From the NCBI GenBank assembly GCA_965217585.1, contig OZ244561.1, positions 6,656,001-6,720,000 on the forward strand: a DNA stretch of 64,000 nucleotides, written 5' to 3'. The position numbers and the translations under genes were made by a program. Shown here piece by piece: positions 1 to 10,082 of the stretch. The stretch is from Candidatus Latescibacterota bacterium. Its GTDB lineage: Bacteria; Latescibacterota; UBA2968; UBA8231. The stretch's first letter is position 1. Each line of letters begins with the position of its first letter. The notes under the pieces were generated by a model. That model made no database searches, had not been told where the DNA came from, and worked only from the letters and a program-made list of their open reading frames with translations.

Positions 1-1367
1 TCCGGTGCCAGCTTGACGACGCCGGTGATCATCAGCGGAGCGACCTCACCGGCCCCCCGCGCCGTCGCCAAGATGACCCCGGTGAGAATACCCGGTAGAG
101 CACTGGGCAGCACCACGCTCCAAATCATCTGAAACTTGGTCGCCCCCAAAGCCAGTGCGCCTTCGCGCATCTCCCGTGGCACCGCAGCCAAGCCCTCCTC
201 AGTGGCAACGATGACGACCGGAACCGTCAGCAGGGCGAGGGTCAGCGAGGCCCAGAGAATGCCGCCGGTGCCATACGTAGGCGTCGGCAGGGCATCCGCG
301 TAAAAGAGCTGGTCAATGCTGCCGCCGATGCCGTACACGAAGAAGCCCAACCCGAACATGCCAAAGACAATGGAAGGCACGCCCGCCAAGTTGTTGACTG
401 CAATGCGCACGAGGCGCACCAAAAAGCCCTGCCGGGCGTACTCGCGCAGGTAGAGCGCCGCGAGAATCCCGAAGGGCACGGCCGCCAAGCTCATCAGCAC
501 TACCATCATCACCGTGCCAAAGAGCGCGGGGAATATTCCGCCCTCAGTGTTGGATTCGCGCGGCTCGCCCGCCACGAACTCCCAGCCCTTGGACAGATAG
601 GTCTGTACCTTGGTCCCGACGCTCATCGAATTGGGGCGATAGGCGCGGACGATGGCCGCCACGGCAACGCGGCGCGGCGCGCCCCCAGCCAGCGCGACCT
701 CCACCTCCCAGCGCTGGTGCTGCGCCCGTAGCTCGTCCAAGCGCCCCGACAGGGTCTCGTGTTCGGCCCACAGGGCCTGGCGGCGCTCCTCGTTTGCGGC
801 GAGTTGCGCGTCGTTTTTCTCGCGTTGCAAGCGCCGCTCTCGCAGGCGCAAGTCCTCTATTGCGCGGTTGAGCTCGCCGATTTCTCCGCGCTCCAAGGCG
901 TGGATGCGCTCGCCCAACTCGCCGGCTTGGTCCATCAGTTCCTGCAGGGCCTCCCAGACCCCCTCCCCTTTTACCAGCAGCCGCTCCTCCTCGTACAAGG
1001 CCGTGATAAAACCGTGCATATCGCCCCACTCAACCCGCTCAAAGACCACGGCCTCGGCTGGCGTTTCGCGCTCGGCAATCGCGTCTTCATCCACCCAGCG
1101 GAAGTCTTGGCCATACACATCGCGGTTGCCAACCTTGAGTTGCACCCGATAACGCCCTGCGGCCCCAGGAACGGGCTGGCGATCCACTAATTTGCCCATG
1201 ATCGGCTGGCCATCTTTGAGGCGCAACAGGGTCAAATTCTGCGGCCAGAACGCGCCCGCGCCGTGATAGACAATGATCCCCACCAAGCCGGCGATCATCG
1301 CCAAGCACAGGGCCAATGCCCCGCCCGTAAGCCAGATAAAAGGGTCGCCCCGACGCCAGAATTTCAT
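1..1367 (-). CDS. pstA: Phosphate ABC transporter permease PstA (3' end runs off the window edge)
   Basis: Manual translation: MKFWRRGDPFIWLTGGALA... to ...GEVAPLMITGVVKLAP in the same frame. The ATG overlaps the pstC stop (TGATG). Confidence 0.93.
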   Translation of the reverse strand, partial: MKFWRRGDPFIWLTGGALALCLAMIAGLVGIIVYHGAGAFWPQNLTLLRLKDGQPIMGKLVDRQPVPGAAGRYRVQLKVGNRDVYGQDFRWVDEDAIAERETPAEAVVFERVEWGDMHGFITALYEEERLLVKGEGVWEALQELMDQAGELGERIHALERGEIGELNRAIEDLRLRERRLQREKNDAQLAANEERRQALWAEHETLSGRLDELRAQHQRWEVEVALAGGAPRRVAVAAIVRAYRPNSMSVGTKVQTYLSKGWEFVAGEPRESNTEGGIFPALFGTVMMVVLMSLAAVPFGILAALYLREYARQGFLVRLVRIAVNNLAGVPSIVFGMFGLGFFVYGIGGSIDQLFYADALPTPTYGTGGILWASLTLALLTVPVVIVATEEGLAAVPREMREGALALGATKFQMIWSVVLPSALPGILTGVILATARGAGEVAPLMITGVVKLAP

Positions 1368-3571
1368 CACAGTCGATTGTATTTGTCCCGCAAACGCTGG
1401 CGCACAATTTCGGCCAGCGAGTTGATGCAGAAGGTGGCCATAAACAGCAGCAGGCCGCTGAGGAAGAGCACTCGGTAGAGCGTGCCTTGGTGCGGCGCTT
1501 CGGGTAGCTCCACGGCGATATTGGCCGAGATGGTGCGCATGCCGTTGAAGATGTTCCAATCCATGATCGGAGTATTGCCCGTGGCCATCAGCACGATCAT
1601 GGTTTCCCCGATGGCGCGACCGAGGCCGATCATGGCCGCCGAGAAAATGCCCGGCAGGGCCATGGGCAACACCACCTTGATCGCCGTTTGCCAAGGCGTG
1701 GCCCCCAAGGCCAGCGAGCCGGCGCGCAAGTGGCTGGGCACGCTGGAGAGCGCGTCCTCGCAGATGGTGAAGACCAGCGGAATGACCGCAAAGCCCATGG
1801 CAAACCCTACCACCAAGCAGTTGCGCTGGTCGTAGCCAACGCCCGCGTCTTGCCGCAGCCAGCGCAGGAAGTGCCCGTCAAAGGCCAGTTCCTCAAAGGC
1901 CGGCCCCAGCGCGTACGCCAACCAAGCGGCCAGCAAGGTCACCGCGCCGAGCAAGTACATTTCCCCCACCCGCGCCACCTGACGCACCCAAGCCTCTGGA
2001 GCGTATTGCCAGACCCAAGCCGCGGCCATGACCACGGCCGGCACAGTCGGCAGCAGCAGCAAGGTCCCCAACAAGTGCGATTCGAGCAGTGGGGCCAGCC
2101 ACAAGCCGGCGAGAAAGCCCAAGATGACACTCGGCAACGAGGCCATGACCTCCACGGACGGCTTGACCAAGCCCTGCACGCGCGGTGAGGCAAATTCGGC
2201 CGTGTAAATCGCTGCTAAAATCGCCAAAGGCAGGGCGAAGAGCATGGCGTAGAGCGTGCCCTTGACCGTGCCCAAAATCAGCGGCACCAAGCTGAGCTTC
2301 GGCTCGAATTCGTCCGTGCCGCCGGTGGACTGCCACACGTACTCGCGGCCCCCGTAGCCCTCGTACCAGATAGGGGCAAATAGCACGGCCGCGCTGATTT
2401 CGGGATGGGGATGGTCGAGGGTAAAGCGCCGCAACCACCCGTCTTGGCCGAGGGCCAAAAATCCGTCGGCTTTGGGCGCGAAGACCAACGCGGTCACCGG
2501 GGAGTCGCTCGGCTGTTGAAAGGTCGTCTGCTCGGAGGTCAGGTGGTGCAGGGCAATAGCCCCCTCAGCATCGGCGGTGAGAAACTGCTTGTTGCGCGCG
2601 GAGGCGGCAATGTGGGTAACGGCTGCCGCATGGGGAGCAAAGGCGTGGATTTTGCGATACGACCGCTGCCCAGCTTCCTCGACCTTAAACCAAGTGCTGA
2701 CGTGGCCAGCCGCGTCGCCGACGACCAGCGAAACCTCGCCCAAAGCGTACGCCAGCGCCGAGACCGCGACCTCCGAGACGGCGATGCGCCCCGCAAACGC
2801 AGGTGCTTGCTCCACTGCGCCCAGCCGCCACTCGTACACCTGCCCCCGGTCCGTACCCACGAGCACTTGGCGAATGCGACCGTCGAGCAGTACCTGCGTG
2901 GCCTTGCCGTCGAGGTCGGCCGTTAAGTCGTACTGCCTTGCTTGGCGCTCGCCCGGCCCCAATAGGCCCAGCTGCTGCTCGGCCACCATCACCACCAAGC
3001 GGCCGCTCGCCGTAATCGCCGCCGCGGCCGAGCGACCGTCGTCCCCCTCCCGAAAGGCCACCTGTACCAGCGGCTCGCCCGCCAGATCGACCAGAACGAG
3101 ACGCTCGGCCGCGAACTGGGGCACCACCTGCCGCTGGCCGCTGCTGTAATCGAGCCGGAAGCGAACCTGCGCCAGCAGCAGGTGGCCGTCGTTCGTTCCC
3201 AGTGCCAAAACGTCGTTTGGCGCGCGCTGTGCGGCCGTTACTTCGCGGCCCGCCAGCTCGGATGGCCGCTCGCGGCTGATGACTTGGCCATCGTCCAACC
3301 GCAACAAATCCACCCCTTGGGGACCGACCGCATAAGCGGTCTGATAATAGGGGTCGAGTCCAATGGCGAATGGGCCGGCCGCTTGGTGCGCCTTTTCTGC
3401 TTTTAGCTCCAAGGCGCGGAACAGCGGCCAAGCCTCGGCGAGGACGAAGACGAATATCCCCAAGACGGCGGCGATAATGCCGATGCCACCAAAGGAGATG
3501 AAGCGACCACCCAGCCAGTCGATCACTTGTGCTCGCGGCGTGATCCCGCGCTTATATGGCTTTTGGCTCAC
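1367..3571 (-). CDS. pstC: Phosphate ABC transporter permease PstC, long form with a beta-propeller-like domain
   Basis: WQSTGGTDEFEPKLSL, LASLPSV-like and GLGRAIGETM permease motifs; lies between pstS and pstA. Confidence 0.92.
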   Translation of the reverse strand: MSQKPYKRGITPRAQVIDWLGGRFISFGGIGIIAAVLGIFVFVLAEAWPLFRALELKAEKAHQAAGPFAIGLDPYYQTAYAVGPQGVDLLRLDDGQVISRERPSELAGREVTAAQRAPNDVLALGTNDGHLLLAQVRFRLDYSSGQRQVVPQFAAERLVLVDLAGEPLVQVAFREGDDGRSAAAAITASGRLVVMVAEQQLGLLGPGERQARQYDLTADLDGKATQVLLDGRIRQVLVGTDRGQVYEWRLGAVEQAPAFAGRIAVSEVAVSALAYALGEVSLVVGDAAGHVSTWFKVEEAGQRSYRKIHAFAPHAAAVTHIAASARNKQFLTADAEGAIALHHLTSEQTTFQQPSDSPVTALVFAPKADGFLALGQDGWLRRFTLDHPHPEISAAVLFAPIWYEGYGGREYVWQSTGGTDEFEPKLSLVPLILGTVKGTLYAMLFALPLAILAAIYTAEFASPRVQGLVKPSVEVMASLPSVILGFLAGLWLAPLLESHLLGTLLLLPTVPAVVMAAAWVWQYAPEAWVRQVARVGEMYLLGAVTLLAAWLAYALGPAFEELAFDGHFLRWLRQDAGVGYDQRNCLVVGFAMGFAVIPLVFTICEDALSSVPSHLRAGSLALGATPWQTAIKVVLPMALPGIFSAAMIGLGRAIGETMIVLMATGNTPIMDWNIFNGMRTISANIAVELPEAPHQGTLYRVLFLSGLLLFMATFCINSLAEIVRQRLRDKYNRL

Positions 3572-3583
3572 TTGCTCGCGCTC

Positions 3584-4570
3584 TTAGATACCCAATTTGG
3601 CCAATTCGGCTTGGGCGACTTCAAACGGTACGGGCATGTAGCCGTCTTTGACGACAATTTCTTGACCCTCTTTGGAGAAAATGAACGCGCAAAACTCCCT
3701 CACTAGCGGATCCATGGCTTGGCCGGGGGCCTTGTTTATATAAATGTATAGGAAGCGACCGAGGGGATAGGAGCCGTTGAGTACGTTTTCCATGGAGCCT
3801 TGCCTAAACTCCTGTCCCTCGGCCTTGGCCAACGGCACGACGCGCACGCCAGAGGTCAGATAGCCAATGCCGCTGTAGCCTATGGCGAAGCGGTCCTCGG
3901 TAATCCCCTGCACGACGGACGCCGACCCAGGCTGCTCTTTGACCTCGTCTTTATAGTCGCCTTTGAACAGGGCCTGCTTCTTAAAAAAGCCATAGGTGCC
4001 CGAGGCCGAGTTGCGGCCGTAGAGGCTGATCCGGGCTTTGGCCCAATCCCCTTCCAGCCCCAACTGACCCCAAGTGGTCATGTCATTGGGGAACTCGCTG
4101 CGGCGGGTCTTGGAAAAAATCGCATCGACCTGTGGCAGGGTCAGGCCCTCGATGGGGTTGTCCTTGTTGACAAAGACCGCCAGCGCGTCCAGCGCAGCCC
4201 GCAAGGGCGTTGGCTTATAGCCAAAGGCGCGGTCGAATTTGTCCTCCTCGCTCGACTTCATCGGCCGCGACATCGGCCCGAACTGGGCTGTGCCCTCGAT
4301 CAGGGCCGGCGGTGCCGTGCTCGACCCTTTACCTTCGATTTGGATCTTGACGTTAGGATAGTATTTGCGAAAAGCCTCCAACCACAGTGCCATCATGTTG
4401 TTCATGGTGTCCGAGCCAATGCTGCTGGCGTTGCCGGACAGACCACGCACCTTCTCGTAGGGTGCGATCCGCTCATCTATGGCGATTATCTGCGCTTGGA
4501 CGCCAGCAGTGAACACCCAACACATCAGCACCACTCCGATCCATTTTTTTTTCATTTTTTCCTTCCCCAT
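3584..4570 (-). CDS. pstS: Phosphate ABC transporter substrate-binding protein PstS
   Basis: GSDTM, GKGSST and GRNSASGT motifs plus a signal peptide. Confidence 0.95.
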   Translation of the reverse strand: MGKEKMKKKWIGVVLMCWVFTAGVQAQIIAIDERIAPYEKVRGLSGNASSIGSDTMNNMMALWLEAFRKYYPNVKIQIEGKGSSTAPPALIEGTAQFGPMSRPMKSSEEDKFDRAFGYKPTPLRAALDALAVFVNKDNPIEGLTLPQVDAIFSKTRRSEFPNDMTTWGQLGLEGDWAKARISLYGRNSASGTYGFFKKQALFKGDYKDEVKEQPGSASVVQGITEDRFAIGYSGIGYLTSGVRVVPLAKAEGQEFRQGSMENVLNGSYPLGRFLYIYINKAPGQAMDPLVREFCAFIFSKEGQEIVVKDGYMPVPFEVAQAELAKLGI

Positions 4571-4611
4571 ACCATTCTTAAAATATGGTCGCTTTGTAAA
4601 ATTTGCAGGAT

Positions 4612-4655
4612 CTATGTTACATCCGTGTGTCTCACGGATGAAACCTAAGTTACAG
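4612..4655 (-). promoter_or_regulatory. Probable Pho boxes upstream of pstS
   Basis: Minus strand reads CTGTAAC-ttag-GTTTCAT-ccgt-GAGACAC-acgg-ATGTAAC, an 11-bp period resembling the CTGTCAT consensus. Confidence 0.55.
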
Positions 4656-4661
4656 AACTGG

Positions 4662-5624
4662 CTAAAATTTGTAGAAAAAGGTCAGCTGTCCTTGGACGTT
4701 GGCAGCACGGCCGGCGGGCGACTCGATGAGCACATTGGGCATCAGGTGAACGGCTGTAGCTGCGGAGTAGTCGAGGCCGGCGATGAAGAGCAAATCGGTG
4801 GTATCCTCGGCGTCGTGGGTGCCCACATCGAACCGGCCAAAGCCCTTGAACACGGCATTTAGCGGCAGCGAGCCGAAGGCCGAGACCCCGGCGATGACAT
4901 GGTCCTCGCCGTCCTCGCCGGCTAGCTCGTTGGTACGCGAGAAGACCTCTAACCCCGCACTGCCCCGCACTCCCTGCCAGCCGACGAAGCCCTTGAAGGT
5001 CCGCTCGTTGCGACCGGCTGGCCGCGCATTAAAGTCCGCATAGCCTTCCAATATCAATCGGTCCGCAGCCTTGAAACTCAACGAACCATAGAATTTCTTG
5101 CCGTGGTCGTCCTCCGGCCCCTGTCCGGTACCATTGCCGACCATCAGGTGGTAGCTCAGCCGGCCCGCTGCGCCTTTGAGAGCTGCGCCCAAGTCGGCCG
5201 AAGAGCCGATTTTATTCCAATCGAGCGCGGTCTTGGCTACCGAGCGGTAGCCCCAGACCTTTTCGGCAACCGCCCAGGTCGGCGTCCCCGAAAGCCCTAG
5301 GTATATGTCCGCATCGCCTAGCCCCCTCTTCCACTGTAAGTAGCCGTGCTTGACGAAGGGTTCCATCTTCGCACCTTGGGCAAACCCCGCGTCCTGGGCC
5401 TCGAGGCGAAAGCGAATCGCAAAGTCGGTGGCGATATCATCCTGGTATGTGAGGTACAGACGGCGGAACCGGAAAGCATTGCGCTTGGGGGAGTGCTTGG
5501 TGTCGGCCTCGTCGGCAGCCAATACATAGTAGTAGTCGCCAAACATAAGGCCCTTGACCTTGCCCGCTTGGGCTGCGGAGACCAAGCAGCAAAGCAGCAC
5601 TGCGATCAGCGTCATTTTTTTCAT
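4662..5624 (-). CDS. Outer-membrane beta-barrel porin, probably phosphate-starvation induced
   Basis: Signal peptide, FRFRRLYLTY motif, amphipathic strands and C-terminal Phe; directly upstream of pstS. Confidence 0.75.
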   Translation of the reverse strand: MKKMTLIAVLLCCLVSAAQAGKVKGLMFGDYYYVLAADEADTKHSPKRNAFRFRRLYLTYQDDIATDFAIRFRLEAQDAGFAQGAKMEPFVKHGYLQWKRGLGDADIYLGLSGTPTWAVAEKVWGYRSVAKTALDWNKIGSSADLGAALKGAAGRLSYHLMVGNGTGQGPEDDHGKKFYGSLSFKAADRLILEGYADFNARPAGRNERTFKGFVGWQGVRGSAGLEVFSRTNELAGEDGEDHVIAGVSAFGSLPLNAVFKGFGRFDVGTHDAEDTTDLLFIAGLDYSAATAVHLMPNVLIESPAGRAANVQGQLTFFYKF

Positions 5625-5684
5625 CTGTGTTACAATTCCCCCTCATTCGATGTCTTTATGTGTCTTTTCTTGTCCCAGAGTACA

Positions 5685-5740
5685 ATAATGGCCTCGCAAC
5701 ATGACGCTATTATTACAGAATTGTTACGAAATGGTGACAA
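5685..5740 (-). promoter_or_regulatory. Tandem Pho boxes (four half-sites) with a -10-like element
   Basis: Minus strand reads TTGTCAC-catt-TCGTAAC-aatt-CTGTAAT-aata-GCGTCAT, then 10 nt, then CATTAT. Confidence 0.72.
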
Positions 5741-5960
5741 TACTCCCCTTCATCCTTGCTAGACATACTCCCTCCGAGGCCTCTTGGTACCGGATTGTAA
5801 TCTTGGAGTAACCGCTTCTCAACACAGCCTCTCTATCATATTTCATTCTACTCAGATTGGCATAACCTGCGATATTGAGGGTCGGTTTCAGCTTTTCGAC
5901 GTCCCGACCGGGTCCTACATCGCAAGATGACTTTGCTCAAATAGTACCTGCACACAGGAC

Positions 5961-6006
5961 AAAAAAAGAGGGACGGGTTTGCACCCGTCCCTCTTTTTCA
6001 TTTTTT
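5961..6006. terminator. Intrinsic terminator, bidirectional shape
   Basis: aaaaagagggacgggt-ttgc-acccgtccctcttttt hairpin with T tracts on both strands. Confidence 0.85.
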
Positions 6007-6023
6007 AGTACTCGCCCCACACA

Positions 6024-6048
6024 AGGGCAACGCCTGCGTTGCCCCTAC
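6024..6048 (-). repeat. GTAG-type REP-like palindrome
   Basis: Minus strand reads GTAG-GGGCAACGC-AG-GCGTTGCCC-T. Confidence 0.55.
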
Positions 6049-6057
6049 AATCATCTC

Positions 6058-7362
6058 CTAGTTCCAAGGGGAAGGCCTCGGTTCTTTCCACAACCGAACA
6101 GTGAAGCGGTACTCTTCTTCGATGAGGTCGGGATCCGTGCCGTTGTGCTCTTGCATACCCCGAACAATCCTTCGTGGCACACCAAGCTCATTGGCCTCAA
6201 TATATCGGTAGTCGCGCATAGTCTCTTTGAGCAACTCGTTTCGAGCTGCTCGACATCCGTCGCGCATCTTTTCTACCGTCACTGAGTTCGGCAACCGCCC
6301 AGGCGAAACGACCTCGATCCGGTCAGCATAGATAGAGAGTTCAATATCAGTACCGATTATCGTGTAATCGCGATGCACAACCGCATTGACAACCGATTCT
6401 CGAATGGCCGGCAGTGGGTAGTCCCAGCGTTCAACGCGCCTTGCGCCTTCGAGCCACGCCTCTATATCAATAGCGCGTTTTACGAACTCCATAGCCTGTT
6501 CAACGACCCCACTTTCCACCTCTTCCCCACTTTTCGAGAACGTTTCCGGCAGAGGTGGATATGGCCGCAGGAAGTCCGCGTTCGGCAGTGTAAACAGCGA
6601 AACTACGGGGCCGCGCAGCATGGCTCGGGCCTTCGCGTCGTAATCTTTCTCGGTGCCAGAATACGCGGTAGCAGTGATGCCAGCTTGTTTCAGATGCCTA
6701 TTGGGGTTCTTGCCGAAGAGCAGCAAGCCGCCAACAGTCCCCATGGCGTACCCTCGATCCCAAACCATCAGTTCCGTATTCACCAGCAAAGTTATCCAAG
6801 ATTCGGGATCATCCTCCGCTGGGTGTTCCTGTTGGCGAATATCGCGAAAGTAATTGACCAACCTACGCAAATCAAAGTCCTCAAAAGACGAGCCCGGCAG
6901 CACCTTGCGGTCATACTGAATGCGCCCAGACTGCATGTACAGCCGCATCTCCTCCTCGTCGCTGGCGTCGCGTGTCGTCGATCCCGCCCGCACTTGCGTA
7001 ACCCAAGCGGAGCCGCGCTTTGCCTTGTAGGGCTTGTCGGGAGAGTCCGCAGGAAGCGACACAATACCTATGATCTTCCCGTCGCTCCATGCAAATGTTT
7101 CCCAAACGGGCATTGTAGCTGGTCTAACATGGACACGCGCAATTTCCATAACCCATTCTTCCGCCTTCTTGGAATCGCGAGTCAGTCCCGAGACCGTGAA
7201 ATCGTCTTCCACACCAAGAAGAATGTGTCCGCCTTTCAGATTCAGCAGGGCGGCGATCTCTTTGGCCAGTTGCTCCGGTTGTATGTCGTCCCGCTTGAAT
7301 TCGACGCCAGAGTTCTCGCCATTGCGTATCAATTCTGCTAGTTCGGTTCTATTCATGCTCAC
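6058..7362 (-). CDS. Schlafen/AlbA_2 domain + HATPase_c_4 (RecG C-terminal-like) protein
   Basis: GENSGVEFK...ALLNLKGGHILLGVED at the N-terminus; RESVVNAVVHRDY and SPGRLP in the ATPase-like part. Confidence 0.85.
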   Translation of the reverse strand: MSMNRTELAELIRNGENSGVEFKRDDIQPEQLAKEIAALLNLKGGHILLGVEDDFTVSGLTRDSKKAEEWVMEIARVHVRPATMPVWETFAWSDGKIIGIVSLPADSPDKPYKAKRGSAWVTQVRAGSTTRDASDEEEMRLYMQSGRIQYDRKVLPGSSFEDFDLRRLVNYFRDIRQQEHPAEDDPESWITLLVNTELMVWDRGYAMGTVGGLLLFGKNPNRHLKQAGITATAYSGTEKDYDAKARAMLRGPVVSLFTLPNADFLRPYPPLPETFSKSGEEVESGVVEQAMEFVKRAIDIEAWLEGARRVERWDYPLPAIRESVVNAVVHRDYTIIGTDIELSIYADRIEVVSPGRLPNSVTVEKMRDGCRAARNELLKETMRDYRYIEANELGVPRRIVRGMQEHNGTDPDLIEEEYRFTVRLWKEPRPSPWN

Positions 7363-7364
7363 CC

Positions 7365-10040
7365 TCAGAATCCATACTTTAGTCGCCGCCGCTTGAAAGC
7401 CGCCTCTCCTCCTTCGAGAATCTCCTCAACCAACTTTCGCACTGAAGGCGTATCGATTGAGCCTATATACTCGGGAGCGATGCGTGCCTGCCCTTTGTCG
7501 GCCTCACCCGCAGCGGTCAGCCCGAGAATCAACTCGGCGTCCCCCAAGACCGGAATGTTGGCGTTGTGAGTCGAAAAGAGAAACTGGCGACGACGTTTCC
7601 CTTCGCGCATCCGGGGCACCACGCCCTCGGTGATGAATCGGTTATCGAGATCGTCCTCCGGCTGGTCCACGATTAGGGGAGCCTCGGATTCAAGTAGCAA
7701 CAACAGCAGGACGGCGGTGGCCTTTTGACCTTTCGACAGATCCTCAAGCGCCTGCCAAGAAGGCGGCTTGTCAGCGGGCGCAGTGTTGAGTTGGGTCGCC
7801 GTCGTTGGTGGCAGCTCCAACTCCTCAATCTGCATCAGAACATCAGGCGGGGCTTTGGCGAGACGCTCTGCCTGAGTCGACGGGATTGCGTAGATTTTCT
7901 GAACCTCCTCCGCACCTGTCATGCACCAATTGACGAGCTCCGGCAACGAGAGGTCTGGCACCTCCCTAATCCTTTCAATGGCCTCGGAAAGGCGACCGCC
8001 AATTTTCTCCTTGAGCAGATTGACGAGCGGTTCCCTGTTGCCTGCTGCGGTTACTTCGACATGGACACTATCACTGAGTTTAGTGTTTACTACCTTTGCG
8101 GCGCGGTTCACGAGCCTGAATTCCTCCGCTTTGACATCCTCCCACTCCGCAAGTAACTCACGCCGTCTCTCTACAGACTCTTTTTCCAATCGTTCGAGCA
8201 GGGGCAGGCGCTCGCACAGCGGACGTAGACTTTCAATCTCGCGCCGCAGGCGCATGAACTCCTCCCCATCCACGGCCGATTTCTGAAGCTCGCGCAGTAT
8301 CTTGTTGTAAGTGGCTTCGACCTCGTGCTTGTGCTTGCCCCAACGGCTGCGAATTTCATCAATTCCTTCATCAGCCCGCTTGAGAGCTTCCTCAAGTTGT
8401 CGCGCCACCTGCTCTATATCATGGCTCAAGCGTTCGAGTACCTTGTCCGCCCCGGCGATAATCTCCCTGCTTGGCAGCTCTTCGAGGGCCTTCGGCGACA
8501 AGAACACCCGATCAATCGGCAACTCTTGGCGGAACACCTCTAGGCACTCTCGCAACGCTTTCACTCGCTCGGGGATTGAATCGAGCACCTGTTCTTCCCG
8601 AACGAGGAGACTCTGCTCACGCAGACGCTCTTCGAGTCCGGCTTCCTGAAATCGCTTGAGCGTCTCCTCAAGACCTGGCAGCGTCGACAGTCTCTCGTTG
8701 ATCTGCTGAAGCTCGGAGCGAACATCCATGATGGCCTGTTTCGTCTTCCGAAGCTCCCGTCGCAAGTCAGCCTTGCGCCGGTCGAGAGACTCGTCGCGCT
8801 CCACAAAGCGATATAGTAGCCGAGTTAGCTTCTCACGACTCTTGGTAAGTTCCGAGATCTCGTGCTGTCCATACACTTCGACACGGGGAAGAATCTCCTC
8901 GGGGAGTAGATTCGATATCTGCCCGTTCTCGTCGCGAACCACAGGCGGATTCGGAATGGTTCGTTCAATCAGGTACTCCCGCTTCGCTGGGCGATAGGAG
9001 CGTACACGGATCGAGATTTTTGTCCCGCTCCGCAGCACCTGACGCACGATCCCCTCGTAAGCCTTGCGGGCCTCCTCGCCGATGGGATCAAGGCCGAGTA
9101 CATAGCGCAAGCTTTCAATGATCGTGGATTTTCCAGCACCACGCCCCCCAATGAGGACGTTCAGGTTCGGGTTGAAGTGGATAGCAGCACCATCCAAGAA
9201 TCCACCTTCCCACGCCAAGGTGAGAAGCTCTGCGTGATCTTCCGGCATGGGATCGCTGTTCAGACGAATCCGCGAGTCCGGGTCGAGGAAGGCTTGGCGC
9301 AGGCCTTCAATAGTAACCTCGGACATCTTGATCCAGCACGAAGTGCCAGGGTCCTTTAGGTGGCTCGGATCGCTGACGTCTTTCGCATTGAGTACCGCCA
9401 CGGGGTGATCGCGCCGATACTCTGCGTTTTTGTTTTGGAGAATTGGTCGCAGATCATCAGGAGAGTCGCCGACTGGACCGGGCAGAGAACAGGCCAGCAA
9501 GTTGGGTGATTGCCAAGCGTTGATACGCGATTGTCCCGACAGCTTGCGGAGAAGACCGCCGTCGGAGGCGACATGGGCGGCGATGCAAACCGCCCCCCAG
9601 CTCTGGGACTCGGATAGGAACTCCATGACATAGTACCGCCCCGTGGGCGACTCTTGGTGCTCTCGGTGGATTCCACAATCCCCTAAAATCCGCTCCAACT
9701 CGTCGAGGTTCGTTTTAGGGTCAAACAGACAGAGCAGATGAACCCCATCCTTAGTCACCGCCTCGAAGCCGGGAAACGCCGTAATCCCGGCTGCCTTGGA
9801 ATGCTCAATCAGGCTCGCCGCAGAGCGGACGCGATAGTGATCCGTCACAGCAATTGCGTCGATCTGCTGCTCGTGGCAGGCCTCAATGAGCGCTGCGTTA
9901 TATTCGCTCTCGTTTGTAAACGACGAGGGTTTGTCATGTGCGGCGAGGTATTCAAACGGATTCACTTGTAGCGCACACTTAAAGAAATGCGCTCCCGATG
10001 GAAGCTGTCTCATGTCCGTGTCATTCATGGTTCCCTTCAT
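7365..10040 (-). CDS. PHP-domain + SMC/RecN-like ATPase (TrlF/Ppl-like), putative anti-phage protein
   Basis: PHP motifs AVTDH, PGFE, VHLL and AHV; Walker A GGRGAGKS; long coiled coil; signature LSKGQ; DQPEDDLDN; STHNAN. Confidence 0.85.
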   Translation of the reverse strand: MKGTMNDTDMRQLPSGAHFFKCALQVNPFEYLAAHDKPSSFTNESEYNAALIEACHEQQIDAIAVTDHYRVRSAASLIEHSKAAGITAFPGFEAVTKDGVHLLCLFDPKTNLDELERILGDCGIHREHQESPTGRYYVMEFLSESQSWGAVCIAAHVASDGGLLRKLSGQSRINAWQSPNLLACSLPGPVGDSPDDLRPILQNKNAEYRRDHPVAVLNAKDVSDPSHLKDPGTSCWIKMSEVTIEGLRQAFLDPDSRIRLNSDPMPEDHAELLTLAWEGGFLDGAAIHFNPNLNVLIGGRGAGKSTIIESLRYVLGLDPIGEEARKAYEGIVRQVLRSGTKISIRVRSYRPAKREYLIERTIPNPPVVRDENGQISNLLPEEILPRVEVYGQHEISELTKSREKLTRLLYRFVERDESLDRRKADLRRELRKTKQAIMDVRSELQQINERLSTLPGLEETLKRFQEAGLEERLREQSLLVREEQVLDSIPERVKALRECLEVFRQELPIDRVFLSPKALEELPSREIIAGADKVLERLSHDIEQVARQLEEALKRADEGIDEIRSRWGKHKHEVEATYNKILRELQKSAVDGEEFMRLRREIESLRPLCERLPLLERLEKESVERRRELLAEWEDVKAEEFRLVNRAAKVVNTKLSDSVHVEVTAAGNREPLVNLLKEKIGGRLSEAIERIREVPDLSLPELVNWCMTGAEEVQKIYAIPSTQAERLAKAPPDVLMQIEELELPPTTATQLNTAPADKPPSWQALEDLSKGQKATAVLLLLLLESEAPLIVDQPEDDLDNRFITEGVVPRMREGKRRRQFLFSTHNANIPVLGDAELILGLTAAGEADKGQARIAPEYIGSIDTPSVRKLVEEILEGGEAAFKRRRLKYGF

Positions 10041-10082
10041 CTCTATACGACTCTCATTCCTCGTTTTTTGTTCACGTTTTTG

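Noticed and set aside
1367-3571. Unusually long PstC with a propeller-like domain
   Set aside because: A known long-form PstC architecture found in several bacterial groups.
5860-5960. Small RNA or riboswitch ending at the 5961 terminator
   Set aside because: Only a weak hairpin is present and no family motif was recognised; the terminator is explained by minus-strand genes.
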